This document shows positions 19,274-29,436 of a stretch of DNA of 51,786 nt, in pieces. The position numbers and the translations under genes are program-made. Under the pieces are notes generated by a model. That model was given only the letters and a program-made list of their open reading frames with translations. It ran no database searches and had not been told where the DNA came from. The DNA is from a virus (lineage: Duplodnaviria; Caudoviricetes). The stretch's first letter is position 1. Each line of letters opens with the position of its first letter. The stretch lies in IMG/VR virus record IMGVR_UViG_3300025104_000002, positions 1-51,786 of that record. One strand, written 5' to 3'.

Positions 19274-21247
19274 TCATTTGATTATGTATTGAAAAATGAA
19301 ATAAACGTCATTTGCAACTGTGTTAGTAGATCGGAAGCGAAGTATCGCGGCGTTGTTGCTGGTGTCCGCAGTTATAACATATACCAAACCGTAAGTTGAA
19401 TTCCCCAATCCTATTACATCGAATTGTTCGTTTGTAAAATCTGAGGCTATTGGTAGGGATATCCTAAGTTCCGTTAGAATCCCCGATGTCGCTGGCGTGA
19501 CAAAAAATTTTCCTCTCACAGTCACCACATTACCATCCCGCCGAAATTGACAGGGGTGTGTGATATAAGACGCCACGTTGGTGACCGCAGTCAACGTTGG
19601 TGTATAGATACTCCCGCCTGGGGTTGTGTTTGTCGCACCAGCGGGGTTATAAACCACGCCCATCGTCCCGGTCGAATAGTTATAGCCAATCACCTCGTTG
19701 TTCGTAGTTCCGGCACCAAGAAATATCGCATACGTATGCGTCGTTCCAGATACGCGGTTACTGGAAATGGTTATTCCGGACGATTGATCATCCACCCTTA
19801 TCGCAGCCCCGATGCCTAACGACCCACTGAGTAAAACATTCGCATCTATTACGACGTTGCTGTTGACGGTGCCATTGTGACAAGACGTAATCCCGTGACC
19901 CGCTTCTTTATACAACGCAATCCCGTTATACGCGGTATTTTTTGTCACGTTCCCGGTGACAGAAAAGTTTCTGGCATCCGATACCGCTATGCCGTAATAG
20001 TGTGACACGGTATCGACGATGTTGTTTGATATGGTAAAGTTATAGTTTACTCCGCTTCTTCCGTTACACCAAATACCTACATGTTTTACGGAATTGATAC
20101 TGTTGTTAGAAACGTGGAAGTCATGACATGGTGCCGCGATATTACTCGTAGTTGTTCCGGTCATCAGGATACCATATATGCCAATACCCGCGCCTTCGAT
20201 GATATTGCCTGTTATGTTGAAGTGATGACTACCTTCCCACTGGTCGATCACCCCGTCGTGGTACGCAACAGAATCTGTTGAACTGATTTCGATGTAGTTA
20301 TTGCTGACTTCGTAGTATGAACACCCAATTGAGGCTACGGCAGCGCCTGGGGTCTTGAACCAGCAGTTTGAGATGGTGTAGTTGCTTGAGTCGATCAGCG
20401 AAATCGCCCGAACACCAGCCAAGAATGTTGTGATCCCAGAGCAATCGAATTTCAGATTCAAAATCGAAAATCCAGTTTTGCCTTGTGCAGAAAACTGTCT
20501 TTGTCCATTCACCACACCACCACTAGCAAGCGTCACGGACTTGATAACTGACCCCGCGCCGTCTCCAAAATACAAGGTGTTGGATTGGATATTGATTGCG
20601 TCTGAAACCAGATAAACTCCGCTCGGGAAATACAACGCTTTACCGATAGCGGCCAAAGAAGCGGCATTGATGGCCGCCGTGTCATCCGTCACTCCATCCC
20701 CGACAGCACCAAAGTCCTTGACGCTCACCCACTCACGCATCTTATCCTGCACAGTGCGGGTGACAGCGCCGGTGCCTGCGGGGAGATAGCCGACCAGCGC
20801 AGCGCCGCTGTTGGCGGCAAGCTGAGTGAACGCAACTTTTTCGGAGTCAACTTCCGCAAGTGCGGCCTGGACATTTGTAGATGAAATCCCGCCCACGGGG
20901 GTGAAGGCAATTTCAGATGCCTGATCTTTGGTCGCCACCTTGTCGTCGATTGCGTCGAGAACGGACCGCGCAGTCACACGCAACTCGATCCGGCTCCCGG
21001 CAGGAAACGACAGTGCAGACGTACCCTCCTGTGCGCGGACAATCGTAAGCAGATCACCGCTCCGGGCCGTGACCTTGACGATCTCCGACGCCCCAGCAAT
21101 CGGTGAGATCGTCGCGTAGAAATACTCGCCGGAAGACAGCGTTGGGAAGTTCGCCCCGGTACCTGTTGTGAGTACCGCCGTCGTGTCAGAGTTGCTAATT
21201 GCGGAATGCAAAAACCCGAAGGCGTTATTCTTGAGGACGACAGGCAT
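19274..21247 (-). CDS. Tailspike / beta-helix depolymerase (pectate-lyase-like)
   Basis: VSVKDFGAVGDGVTDDTAAI motif then Asn/Ile-rich ISNN/VTGN repeats; visibly AT-richer C-terminal part. Confidence 0.85.
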   Translation of the reverse strand: MPVVLKNNAFGFLHSAISNSDTTAVLTTGTGANFPTLSSGEYFYATISPIAGASEIVKVTARSGDLLTIVRAQEGTSALSFPAGSRIELRVTARSVLDAIDDKVATKDQASEIAFTPVGGISSTNVQAALAEVDSEKVAFTQLAANSGAALVGYLPAGTGAVTRTVQDKMREWVSVKDFGAVGDGVTDDTAAINAASLAAIGKALYFPSGVYLVSDAINIQSNTLYFGDGAGSVIKSVTLASGGVVNGQRQFSAQGKTGFSILNLKFDCSGITTFLAGVRAISLIDSSNYTISNCWFKTPGAAVASIGCSYYEVSNNYIEISSTDSVAYHDGVIDQWEGSHHFNITGNIIEGAGIGIYGILMTGTTTSNIAAPCHDFHVSNNSINSVKHVGIWCNGRSGVNYNFTISNNIVDTVSHYYGIAVSDARNFSVTGNVTKNTAYNGIALYKEAGHGITSCHNGTVNSNVVIDANVLLSGSLGIGAAIRVDDQSSGITISSNRVSGTTHTYAIFLGAGTTNNEVIGYNYSTGTMGVVYNPAGATNTTPGGSIYTPTLTAVTNVASYITHPCQFRRDGNVVTVRGKFFVTPATSGILTELRISLPIASDFTNEQFDVIGLGNSTYGLVYVITADTSNNAAILRFRSTNTVANDVYFIFQYIIK

Positions 21248-21249
21248 AG

Positions 21250-22026
21250 TTAGGCTCCAAAAGGTTGCATACGCACCCGCATGAGTCCACGGGCATTTCC
21301 AAGGTTGGCGCGGGCACGCCGTTCTGCAATCTGAAATACGTACTGCTTGGCATGATATGCAGCAAGCTCACGGTCCGACCACGCCTGATCCGGCAACACT
21401 AGGAGATGCTGCAAAGCGCCGTGCATAATGACCTCTTCGAGTTCATCAAAAATGAACTCCTCCATACCTGTTGCATTGCGCTTGGGTTTGAGCGCCACGA
21501 ACATGCGGCACTGGTAAGTACGCTCGGCATCAGGCAGCGGAAGAATCACATACCGATCTGCGTTGATCTGGGTAATCGCCTGCGGCGTTGAGCCGTCAGC
21601 CAAAGCATCAGCCGGAAGCGTAAGCGACCCCGTGCCACCATTGTACTCTTCTTCGTTGTACTGCATACTGTTGAACTGACCGCCGTAATTGCCAGCCCAA
21701 ACCGCTTGTGGGTTCACGCCGCTGAACAAGTCCGCCCACTGCGGGTACAACTCGATAGCTTTTTCCATCGTCAATCGCTTCAATGGACGCCCGTTGACCA
21801 CAGCCTCGAACACCGCATGCACGTCAGTGTTAGCCGGTTTGTCGTAGGCGTACTCGCTGACACCGGGCTGAAGGTTGAACAGCGGGACTTGATAACGCCA
21901 GTACAACGTGCGCTCACACGTGCGAATGGCCGCGTCGCGGATGTACTGCACGATGGTAGCGTGCGGGCACCCCGGTACAGAAGCCTGCACACGGGGCACG
22001 AGGGAGGCGAAGGTACGGTCGGCCAT
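21250..22026 (-). CDS. Head-tail adaptor-like virion protein
   Basis: N-terminal VPGCP...IRDAAIRTCERT, C-terminal GALQHLLVLPDQAWSD; synteny. Confidence 0.6.
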   Translation of the reverse strand: MADRTFASLVPRVQASVPGCPHATIVQYIRDAAIRTCERTLYWRYQVPLFNLQPGVSEYAYDKPANTDVHAVFEAVVNGRPLKRLTMEKAIELYPQWADLFSGVNPQAVWAGNYGGQFNSMQYNEEEYNGGTGSLTLPADALADGSTPQAITQINADRYVILPLPDAERTYQCRMFVALKPKRNATGMEEFIFDELEEVIMHGALQHLLVLPDQAWSDRELAAYHAKQYVFQIAERRARANLGNARGLMRVRMQPFGA

Positions 22027-22027
22027 G

Positions 22028-22672
22028 TCAGATCACCTCCTTGGGACTCATTCCACCAGCTTCGGTGTCCGTGACGACGCGGGACTGAAGATTGACGCCC
22101 AGTGCCTGAACGAACGAGTCTTGGAACAGCTTGGCGCGGCCAGAGTTCACATGCTCGTTGTCGATGGACTCGGCCAAGAACACCACGCCGTCCACGACAA
22201 CCGGGAAGTAGGCGTCGGTGGGGTGGACGATCTCCTGATCCAGCGTGTAGTCAGGTGGCGTCTGGGCGTACTCCCCAACAAGCACAACCCCGGCAGTGGG
22301 TCGGGGGTACACGAAGAACCTGTTGGGGTTGCGCACGTGGCGCATGAAGTTCACAGGCTGGCCGGGTGCTTCGCGCTGCCAGCTTGGGGTCGTGCGATCC
22401 AGTGTCTCGCGGTTGACTTCGGTGACAGCATCGCCGCCCTTGACTTGGAAGATTTCGATCAGCCGTGTCGAGTCTGCGGGGCAGGTCTGAAGCACCGTAT
22501 CCGCCGTTGTAGGGATGTCTCCGATGACGGCGAACAGATCAGGACGAAGCAACACCATGCGCTTGAGCGTCTGATTGACGAAGCCCAGCATCACCGCATC
22601 GCTGTAACGATACGGCGTCTTGGTGTCCTGAATCAGACGACGCGCTTCGGTGATGACTTCGTTGGGTGTCAT
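22028..22672 (-). CDS. Head-tail adaptor protein
   Basis: ARRLIQD...RYSDAVMLGFVNQ...RPD and FFVYPRP patterns. Confidence 0.65.
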   Translation of the reverse strand: MTPNEVITEARRLIQDTKTPYRYSDAVMLGFVNQTLKRMVLLRPDLFAVIGDIPTTADTVLQTCPADSTRLIEIFQVKGGDAVTEVNRETLDRTTPSWQREAPGQPVNFMRHVRNPNRFFVYPRPTAGVVLVGEYAQTPPDYTLDQEIVHPTDAYFPVVVDGVVFLAESIDNEHVNSGRAKLFQDSFVQALGVNLQSRVVTDTEAGGMSPKEVI

Positions 22673-22950
22673 GCGGGCAGTCCTTTGGAAGCTTCAGCGG
22701 CCAACTCAGGAGAAGTATACGGTGGGGCTTCAGGAATGTCAGCAGTTGACAGGTCGAGCGCCGCTTTGCGCTTGGTAGCGCGTTTGTGGTTTTCCGGTGT
22801 TTCCACGCGATCAGCGACATGCGCAGGAACAAAACGCTCGGGAAAGGCTTCCTGCTCGGTGATCACCTCGCAACCGGGGTTCTTCGCCAGAATCTCGTTG
22901 TAGTCGTACAGGAACCCGTCCTTCTTGACTCGAATGTACATCTTGCTCAT
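22669..22950 (-). CDS. Hypothetical protein
   Basis: 93-aa ORF overlapping the next start (TGA/ATG). Confidence 0.65.
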   Translation of the reverse strand: MSKMYIRVKKDGFLYDYNEILAKNPGCEVITEQEAFPERFVPAHVADRVETPENHKRATKRKAALDLSTADIPEAPPYTSPELAAEASKGLPA

Positions 22951-22983
22951 TTGTTCAGCTTCCTCAGTGGTTGGTAGTCATGA

Positions 22984-24078
22984 TCATCCAATCCGGTTGG
23001 CCGTCAGCACTGCCGACGGGATCGCAGGACAGACAAAAGGAGTCGTCTGCGCCGCTTCATAGTTGAGCGACACGTCGGCACTCTCGGTCGCCCAGTACAC
23101 CTCAACGTACTGCCCCGCCGTGACACGCACAACCGTGTTGAAAGTAAAGAAGCCGGTACCGCCCGCGCCGCTGGCGGGCACGACAATCCAGGTCGCGGAG
23201 TTGGGTATGTCGGTGCCATTGCGCCTAAGCCAGAACGTCACCTTGCAGTTGGCGGTCCCGGCGTTGAGTAACTGGGTGCTGAAGTAAACATCGTAGTCGC
23301 CTGCGGCGGCGAACGTAATCCGGCTGTTGGACGCTACCGTGATGCCGGTGTTCATGGCACCCGAGTTGTTGAACGTCACAGCCGTCGCTGTGTTCGCCGC
23401 AGCAGTCTGATCCTGCGTGGAGAAGAACTGACCGTAGGCCCGGTTCGTAATCGTGTTGAACGGTACCTTGCCGCTGATTACGTCGATGTTGGTGATATTG
23501 ACCTCACCCGTGCCTTTGGGCGTGATGTTGATGTCGATGTTGGTGTCGGTGCCGTCTGCGGCCAGCGTGTTGCCGTTCAAGTTGCAGCCTGCCGCCGTCG
23601 CGCTGGTCGCCAATGTCGTAGCCTTGACCAGCGTCATACCGGAAAACGAGCCGGTGAGTGCGACGTTGGTGATCGTACCCCCCGTGATGACGACGTTGTT
23701 CGAGTTTTGCGTAGCCATCGTGCCGAGGCCGAGATTGGTGCGGGCACCAGCCGCCGTCGAAGCCCCCGTGCCGCCGTCTGCAATGGCGAGGTCAGTGATG
23801 TTGGTGATGGAGCCGCCCGTTATGGCGACCTTGGACATAACGACCGAACCCGTGCCGTTGGGCGACAGGTTGAGGTCCCCGTTGGTGTCCAGCGTGCGGA
23901 TCGTGTTGCCAGTCAACTGTACGTTGCCGACCGAAGCCGAAATGGTACCGAGCTTGAACGCGGTAACAACCCCAGTACCGCTGTAGACCGGCTTCTCAGT
24001 CGCGGTCGGACCACCGTCAACGTGGAGCAGTTGACCGAATGTGCTGGCAATAGTGGAGCCAGTGAGGTTGGTCGGCAT
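22984..24078 (-). CDS. Virion fibre-like protein
   Basis: Thr/Gly-rich; ITGG repeats, LAIADGGTGASTAAGARTNLGLGTMATQ fibre motif, beta-sandwich-like C-terminus; GGAG SD. Confidence 0.65.
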   Translation of the reverse strand: MPTNLTGSTIASTFGQLLHVDGGPTATEKPVYSGTGVVTAFKLGTISASVGNVQLTGNTIRTLDTNGDLNLSPNGTGSVVMSKVAITGGSITNITDLAIADGGTGASTAAGARTNLGLGTMATQNSNNVVITGGTITNVALTGSFSGMTLVKATTLATSATAAGCNLNGNTLAADGTDTNIDINITPKGTGEVNITNIDVISGKVPFNTITNRAYGQFFSTQDQTAAANTATAVTFNNSGAMNTGITVASNSRITFAAAGDYDVYFSTQLLNAGTANCKVTFWLRRNGTDIPNSATWIVVPASGAGGTGFFTFNTVVRVTAGQYVEVYWATESADVSLNYEAAQTTPFVCPAIPSAVLTANRIG

Positions 24079-24094
24079 CCGTGATCTCCTTGAA

Positions 24095-24116
24095 GACAGG
24101 GGCCGAAGCCCCTGTC
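24095..24116 (-). terminator. C(UUCG)G hairpin after the decoration gene
   Basis: GACAGGGGC-TTCG-GCCCCTGTC on the minus strand; weak U tract. Confidence 0.55.
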
Positions 24117-24131
24117 AGTCTACATCGCCCC

Positions 24132-24605
24132 TTACTGGGTAACGTCAACCAGTTCTGCGAAGACTCGAACCACAGCGGTGCTAGGAACAGCGGTACCGAT
24201 GGTGATATCGATTGTGTCCACATTCGAGTACAGCTTGCCACCGCTCAGGGGCGGGGCGAATGCACCAGCGTTCAGCACCGGGACGCCACCAAACACGCCG
24301 GTGGACGACACAGCTTGTGCGGCCAGATAGCCAGCGGGAGCCGAGCCATCACCGATGCTAATGGTGCCAGACGTAGCAGTCTTATGGACTTGCAGACCGA
24401 CGTTGCGAACGACGGTGCCAGCCGGGACAGGCAGAACTTCGAGTACGTCGTTTGCGGCCAGTGCGGGGGCACCAGCAGCAGCGCGTGCAGCGATGATCTT
24501 GGGGAAGTCCAGAACGACGGAGACGACGGAAGAACGGTTGGTGCCCTTGGCAGGCACAGCAGCAGAGCCTTTGTCAAAGCCCAGAGAGTCGGTGTAGGTA
24601 GCCAT
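24132..24605 (-). CDS. Capsid decoration/cement protein
   Basis: 157-aa Ala/Val/Gly-rich protein directly after the capsid gene. Confidence 0.6.
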   Translation of the reverse strand: MATYTDSLGFDKGSAAVPAKGTNRSSVVSVVLDFPKIIAARAAAGAPALAANDVLEVLPVPAGTVVRNVGLQVHKTATSGTISIGDGSAPAGYLAAQAVSSTGVFGGVPVLNAGAFAPPLSGGKLYSNVDTIDITIGTAVPSTAVVRVFAELVDVTQ

Positions 24606-24633
24606 TTCGGTATCCTTTCAAGCGAATTGCGAA

Positions 24634-24651
24634 GGGGGGCCGAAGCCCCCC
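24634..24651 (-). terminator. C(UUCG)G hairpin after the major capsid gene
   Basis: GGGGGGC-TTCG-GCCCCCC on the minus strand. Confidence 0.55.
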
Positions 24652-24657
24652 AGTTCA

Positions 24658-25596
24658 TCAAGCCAGCGTGACCACAGCAGTGGCCAACGCTTCAGGCTTA
24701 ATTACCTTGTAGCCGTAGACTTGCAGACCACGGATGATGTTGCCGAAGGTGGTCTCGCTGCGGAGGGTTTCCATGTTCGTCATCTGCGACGCGAAGGTGA
24801 GACCCATCTTGTGCCCAGCGATGATGCTGTACTTGGTAGCCGCGCCGGTACCCGAACGATTCAGGTTATGGCTGACATACACCGTGAAGCGGTCGATCAT
24901 GCCGAGGCGACCGTTGCGAACGATGGAGGTGCCGTCGCCAGTCAGCGAAGCGTCCTTCAGTTCAGACTTCTTGATCAGGCCAGCCATCTTGGCGGGGATG
25001 ACCACGAAGCGGTCTTGCTCAGGGACATTGGCCTCGTCCAGCACGGTACCCATATCCACTAGCAGATCGATAACCGCAGTGGTGCTCGAAGCGCCGTCCT
25101 TGGTCACGGTCAGGGGGGACGCAACGGTGCCGAGGTCGAACGAGCCGGAGATGCGGCCAGCGGTAGCACCCTTGTTGAAGGCGTCCACGTCGGGCAACAG
25201 GTCGGTCAGCACGCGGGTGTCGATCTTGATCTTCATACGCTCGGAAGCGTCCTTCGACCAAGCATCCATCAGGTTGATATCCGACTGAACCTTGTCCACA
25301 TCGTCCTCAACGCAGGCGAAGTACTCGCCCTTGTCGATGACCAGTTGAATCTTCGGCTTGTCGGGATTCTCTACGGTCAGGGTTTGACCCTTCACATAGT
25401 CTCGGATGGTGATCTCCGGCGTGGTGCGGATGTTCACAGTGTCACCGAACTGGCGAATCTCGCCCTCGTAGTCGGTGTTCGAGATCGCTGCGAGCACAGT
25501 GGCGTCGTAGAAGTTCTCGATGAGCTTGCCGCTCCAGATTTCGGGGATGAAGTTGCCCGAGTAGTTCGGGCGACCGGATGCAACAGGGAAAGACAT
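24658..25596 (-). CDS. Major capsid protein
   Basis: FIPEIWSGKL, YEGEI..FGDTVNI, LDEANVP...RFVV and RGLQVYGYKVIKPEAL motifs; AAGGAG SD. Confidence 0.9.
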   Translation of the reverse strand: MSFPVASGRPNYSGNFIPEIWSGKLIENFYDATVLAAISNTDYEGEIRQFGDTVNIRTTPEITIRDYVKGQTLTVENPDKPKIQLVIDKGEYFACVEDDVDKVQSDINLMDAWSKDASERMKIKIDTRVLTDLLPDVDAFNKGATAGRISGSFDLGTVASPLTVTKDGASSTTAVIDLLVDMGTVLDEANVPEQDRFVVIPAKMAGLIKKSELKDASLTGDGTSIVRNGRLGMIDRFTVYVSHNLNRSGTGAATKYSIIAGHKMGLTFASQMTNMETLRSETTFGNIIRGLQVYGYKVIKPEALATAVVTLA

Positions 25597-25612
25597 GATG
25601 AAACTCCTTTAA

Positions 25613-26659
25613 TCAGGCTACGATGCGACCTTCGCGCTGTGCGGTGAAGATGTCGCGTTCGATGCGGTCGCGCTCCTGCTCCCGGCCTTTGTACTTACCC
25701 GAACGAACGGCGTCGAAAAACGTCCGAATATCGTCACGTGTGTACGTCTTGCCTTTGGAGGTAGCCGGTGTGCCGGTGCTCTTTGAGCGTCCGGGTGCCA
25801 CCTGCCGCTCCAGTTCGGAGCCAGCAACACGACCAGTGGATTGAGCAACAAGGGCTTGTCCAGTCTTTTCAAGCCATGTGTGGAAAAAGTTCGCAACTCG
25901 GCGGGCGTCCAAAGCACGTTGGGCGTCGTCAAGGTAGGTCTGGCGGGTGATGCCAGTCAGCGGATCGACCTCCAGCAGCCACGACTGGAAATCCGGGTTC
26001 CCGTTCACTTCACGGAAGTTCGGCACCAGTGCGGCAAGGTCGGCCCAGAACTGTTGCTCGGCGTTCAACTGCTGGCGCTGGACCACGGCTTGCACCTGCG
26101 GCACCACGTTCACCTGCATCTGCCGCAGCGCCTGCTCAACGGCGGCAAGGCGTTGGACCACGGGGATAAGTTCCTCGCGGGACACCTTGCGCATCATGTC
26201 AATCGACTCGCCGTATTCCTCAACATCTTTCTCAGTGACAAGCTGGATGGCTTGCTGTGATACCGACGTTGTAGAGGCTTGCGACTGAGCAGACAGCGTA
26301 GCCAACAACTGTTCCATCTGCTGCAAACGCTGAGCCAACTCGCGGTTCTGCTGGTGCAGACGCGGGACTTCAGCGTTGTACATACCTTGGAGCGTGCGCC
26401 ATTTCTGGGCATACGTCTCCGAGTTGGGATCATCTCCCGGCACGTTTCCTGTGTCGGTACTGCGCTCACTCCCCGACACGGGGGCAGCAGTCTTCGGCGC
26501 AGAGGTACCGTCGGCGTTGTTTTGGGTCGCAGGATCACCAGCCGGATCAGTGCCATCGGCAGGAGCGTTGTCCGTGCCTGTGTTGTCGTCCGGGTTGAGT
26601 TGTTGATACAACTGCTGAACCGCCTCGGTCTGCTTGCGAATCTGCTCTGGAAGTGCCAT
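25613..26659 (-). CDS. Scaffolding protein
   Basis: Acidic disordered N-terminus, coiled coil, C-terminal AQREGRI; directly upstream of capsid. Confidence 0.75.
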   Translation of the reverse strand: MALPEQIRKQTEAVQQLYQQLNPDDNTGTDNAPADGTDPAGDPATQNNADGTSAPKTAAPVSGSERSTDTGNVPGDDPNSETYAQKWRTLQGMYNAEVPRLHQQNRELAQRLQQMEQLLATLSAQSQASTTSVSQQAIQLVTEKDVEEYGESIDMMRKVSREELIPVVQRLAAVEQALRQMQVNVVPQVQAVVQRQQLNAEQQFWADLAALVPNFREVNGNPDFQSWLLEVDPLTGITRQTYLDDAQRALDARRVANFFHTWLEKTGQALVAQSTGRVAGSELERQVAPGRSKSTGTPATSKGKTYTRDDIRTFFDAVRSGKYKGREQERDRIERDIFTAQREGRIVA

Positions 26660-26705
26660 GTTGAACGCTCCTATCGGTGTGCGTGATTAAAGACGGCGAG
26701 TTTCG

Positions 26706-26921
26706 TCATAACTTTGCCGCCAAGGCAGGGGCTTCTTTGGCGAACCTGTACAGTTCACCCAACACCTGACAGCGCCCCTGAAACACTGCCGGTTGGTTGA
26801 TCGCGCTGGGAAGCGTCTCAAGCTCGTGCCGGTACCAGCCCTCCAGCCACTCCAGAAGCTCCGGGTGCTGACGGACGGTAACGGCCAGAGCCTTCGTCAC
26901 TTGCGGATCAGGCTTGATCAT
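26706..26921 (-). CDS. Small protein between portal and scaffold
   Basis: 71 aa with QGRCQVL motif; coupled to portal stop. Confidence 0.65.
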   Translation of the reverse strand: MIKPDPQVTKALAVTVRQHPELLEWLEGWYRHELETLPSAINQPAVFQGRCQVLGELYRFAKEAPALAAKL

Positions 26922-28975
26922 GCAGCCCTCCCACTTGCGCGACTCTGGACTGTGTTGGCTTCCATCCCACCTTTGGGCGCTCCGTCAGGCTGGGTCGGCG
27001 TTTCACCCTGAGCTTGCTGCTGCATCGTAACAGCCATAGCTTGCGCTTGCATCCGACCTTGGTAAGCTGACTTCTCCCGAGATGGGACAACTTCCTCCAC
27101 AGGCATCTGCAACCCTTTCGCCACTTCCCGAAGGATGGTGGCGCGTCCTTCCTTGCCGATGATCTCAAGATCAATCGGGTTGGCGGTTGCATTCAGGAAC
27201 TCGATACGGCGAATGTTGATGGTTTCCTTGACCGCGAGGTTGATCGCGCCCTTGGCAATGACCTCAACGTCGCCCTTGATGGACTCGTCTTCGTCGTAGC
27301 GCATGTTGTACACGAACTGACGCATGACGATGGGCTTCACAATATCTGTGTCGATGTGCATGACCACCTGCCGGATGCCCTTGCCCGCCGCGCCCATGAG
27401 CATGGACAGGCCGGACGACGTGCGCCCAGCGCCCTGCACATTCAGATCGCCGTAGACGTAGGCCGGGATGCCAGAGTGGTCGTCAGCCAGTCGGCTGAAC
27501 TTCTCGTACACAGCCATCAACTCACTGGCGCGTGAATCCGGCTGCGTGAACCGAATGGCCGGTGCGCTCGAACCCACGGGGTCGTTGATGGTCTGCCAAA
27601 TCTTCCACGGTGCAAGTGTCGTGATGTCTTCGTTGGGGGGTAGCCGCTCGACGTTGACCTCAACCTGCGGGCCGCTGGAGATACCCATGTTGTTCACCAG
27701 CGCGCGGGCAGCGGCGTTGCACACGCTCTGCAAGTCTTCGATGATCTCTGGAATACCCTTACCCCAGAACGCACCGGGGTACTTGATGAACGAGGTCTTG
27801 GCGTAGGGTTTCTCGCCCAGCGGGTCGTAGTTGAGAACTGCCTTGATGACGTAGTTGCCCACCATCCAGACGTTGGCATCGTACTCGCGGGCTTCGTCGG
27901 GTACTTCGTCCTCGGACATGCCCCACTCGCGCAGCATCTTGCCGCTGACCTTGCCCCAGAACTCCAGCGCGTCGAACTCGGTGGTCGGGCGCATGTGGGT
28001 GTAGTACTTGCGCTCCTCCTCGTCCTTCTGAAGCTCCACGTCCTCATTGACCCACGACTGGCTGTTGCCGATCTCCAGCACCTTGCGGATGGCGTCCTCG
28101 TCGTACCCCGGCACGCCGATCAGATCGGACAGGGCCGTGCGGGTGAGCTTGTGATGCTCGAACAGGTAGCCGTCGTTGATGTTGGTGATCCCCGGCTCGG
28201 GGTAAATGCGGAACGGATCGACCCGCTCGTACTCCGGCCCGAGCCGTTCAATCGGCTCGACGATGGTTTGGCCGGTGGGGGTGGTCTTCCAACCGAGGGT
28301 GCGCTGACGACGCACGATTGGGCCTTTGATGAACGCTGCCGGGTAGGTGACGAGATCGGTGATGAAGTCGTTGAACGCCTGCTCCCAGCCACCTTGGGCA
28401 AACTGGTCTTGAATCTTGGTCTTCATGCGGTCGGCACGGGTCTGTGCTTCGCGCAGAATGCGGAAACGGTAGTCCTGTGACACCATCTCCTTGAGTTCGG
28501 ACATCTGCTCAGGGGTCGGTGCCTGACCGACTTCCTCGATCATCTTGAGCACCTTCTGTGCGAACTCGTTCTGCACCTCCTTGGCCTGCGCTGGGGACAG
28601 TTCAGGGATGGGGGTGGCTTGCAAGTCCCACGGTGGTGAGCCGTTGTCAAGCAGGATGTCCCGCAGCCAAGACTCCGCAGCGCGGCACTTGACCTCGGTG
28701 ATCATCATGTAGATTTCGGAGCCGCCCTGCGCACGAATCTGTTTGAGCTTGTCAGCCTCGTACTCACCGTTGCGCTGGCGCAACGCACGCAGCATCTTCT
28801 GCTCAATGGGCTTCTTTGCCATCCGGGCAGCATCCCAGCACTGGCGCAGGTAGGCTGCAAGGCCGAGGATCACAGGCTGGTTCTGACGCTCCTGCAATGC
28901 ACGGTCAGACGCCTCCTGCTCTTGCCTTGCAAGATCAGAGTTCGAGACGACTCGCAGGAACGACAGTCCGGCCAT
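26918..28975 (-). CDS. Portal protein
   Basis: 685 aa, VDPFRIYPEP, FWGKGIPE, AGRTSSGLSMLM; position after terL. Confidence 0.85.
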   Translation of the reverse strand: MAGLSFLRVVSNSDLARQEQEASDRALQERQNQPVILGLAAYLRQCWDAARMAKKPIEQKMLRALRQRNGEYEADKLKQIRAQGGSEIYMMITEVKCRAAESWLRDILLDNGSPPWDLQATPIPELSPAQAKEVQNEFAQKVLKMIEEVGQAPTPEQMSELKEMVSQDYRFRILREAQTRADRMKTKIQDQFAQGGWEQAFNDFITDLVTYPAAFIKGPIVRRQRTLGWKTTPTGQTIVEPIERLGPEYERVDPFRIYPEPGITNINDGYLFEHHKLTRTALSDLIGVPGYDEDAIRKVLEIGNSQSWVNEDVELQKDEEERKYYTHMRPTTEFDALEFWGKVSGKMLREWGMSEDEVPDEAREYDANVWMVGNYVIKAVLNYDPLGEKPYAKTSFIKYPGAFWGKGIPEIIEDLQSVCNAAARALVNNMGISSGPQVEVNVERLPPNEDITTLAPWKIWQTINDPVGSSAPAIRFTQPDSRASELMAVYEKFSRLADDHSGIPAYVYGDLNVQGAGRTSSGLSMLMGAAGKGIRQVVMHIDTDIVKPIVMRQFVYNMRYDEDESIKGDVEVIAKGAINLAVKETINIRRIEFLNATANPIDLEIIGKEGRATILREVAKGLQMPVEEVVPSREKSAYQGRMQAQAMAVTMQQQAQGETPTQPDGAPKGGMEANTVQSRASGRAA

Positions 28976-28978
28976 CGG

Positions 28979-29290
28979 TTACTTCCAGTCAGAGCAGCGG
29001 TTGTTCGGGTCTTTCTTGGTCTGCTCCAGCGCGTCCATCGCGCCGTAGGGAGACATACCACCTGCGACCATCTTGGCAGCTTTCTTGAGCATCGGCTGGC
29101 TGGTAATGACTTCCGTCTTGCGGAAGTTCTCCTGCTCCATGACACCCTTCTTGTACAGCATACCGCCAGTCACAGTGCTCGGAGGCAGCTTCTCGCCCGA
29201 CATCCAGTCGGTTCGGGGTTGTTTGGCGGTGATGCCCGACTGATCCATCTTGGGATTTGTCGAGTACACCGTTGCGGGTTTGGTCGCCAT
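28979..29290 (-). CDS. Hypothetical protein (103 aa)
   Basis: GGAGG before ATG 29290 (MATKPATVYS). Confidence 0.65.
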   Translation of the reverse strand: MATKPATVYSTNPKMDQSGITAKQPRTDWMSGEKLPPSTVTGGMLYKKGVMEQENFRKTEVITSQPMLKKAAKMVAGGMSPYGAMDALEQTKKDPNNRCSDWK

Positions 29291-29310
29291 ATCAGCCTCC
29301 TTGCGGCAAG

Positions 29311-29338
29311 ATTCTACCACGAAGTATACACGTGGCAG
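29311..29338 (-). promoter_or_regulatory. Possible extended -10 promoter for the head operon
   Basis: TGG-TAGAAT on the minus strand just downstream of a terminator, upstream of the 29290 SD. Confidence 0.35.
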
Positions 29339-29341
29339 AAC

Positions 29342-29375
29342 AAAAAGAAACCCCGGAGCAAAGCTCAACGGGGTT
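29342..29375 (-). terminator. Intrinsic terminator after terL
   Basis: AACCCCG...CGGGGTT stem followed by TCTTTTT on the minus strand. Confidence 0.65.
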
Positions 29376-29436
29376 GAATCCCTCGGAGGGAGGGCAGGGA
29401 GGTGACAACTGCTGAAGAAGCAGCGACGACATCATA

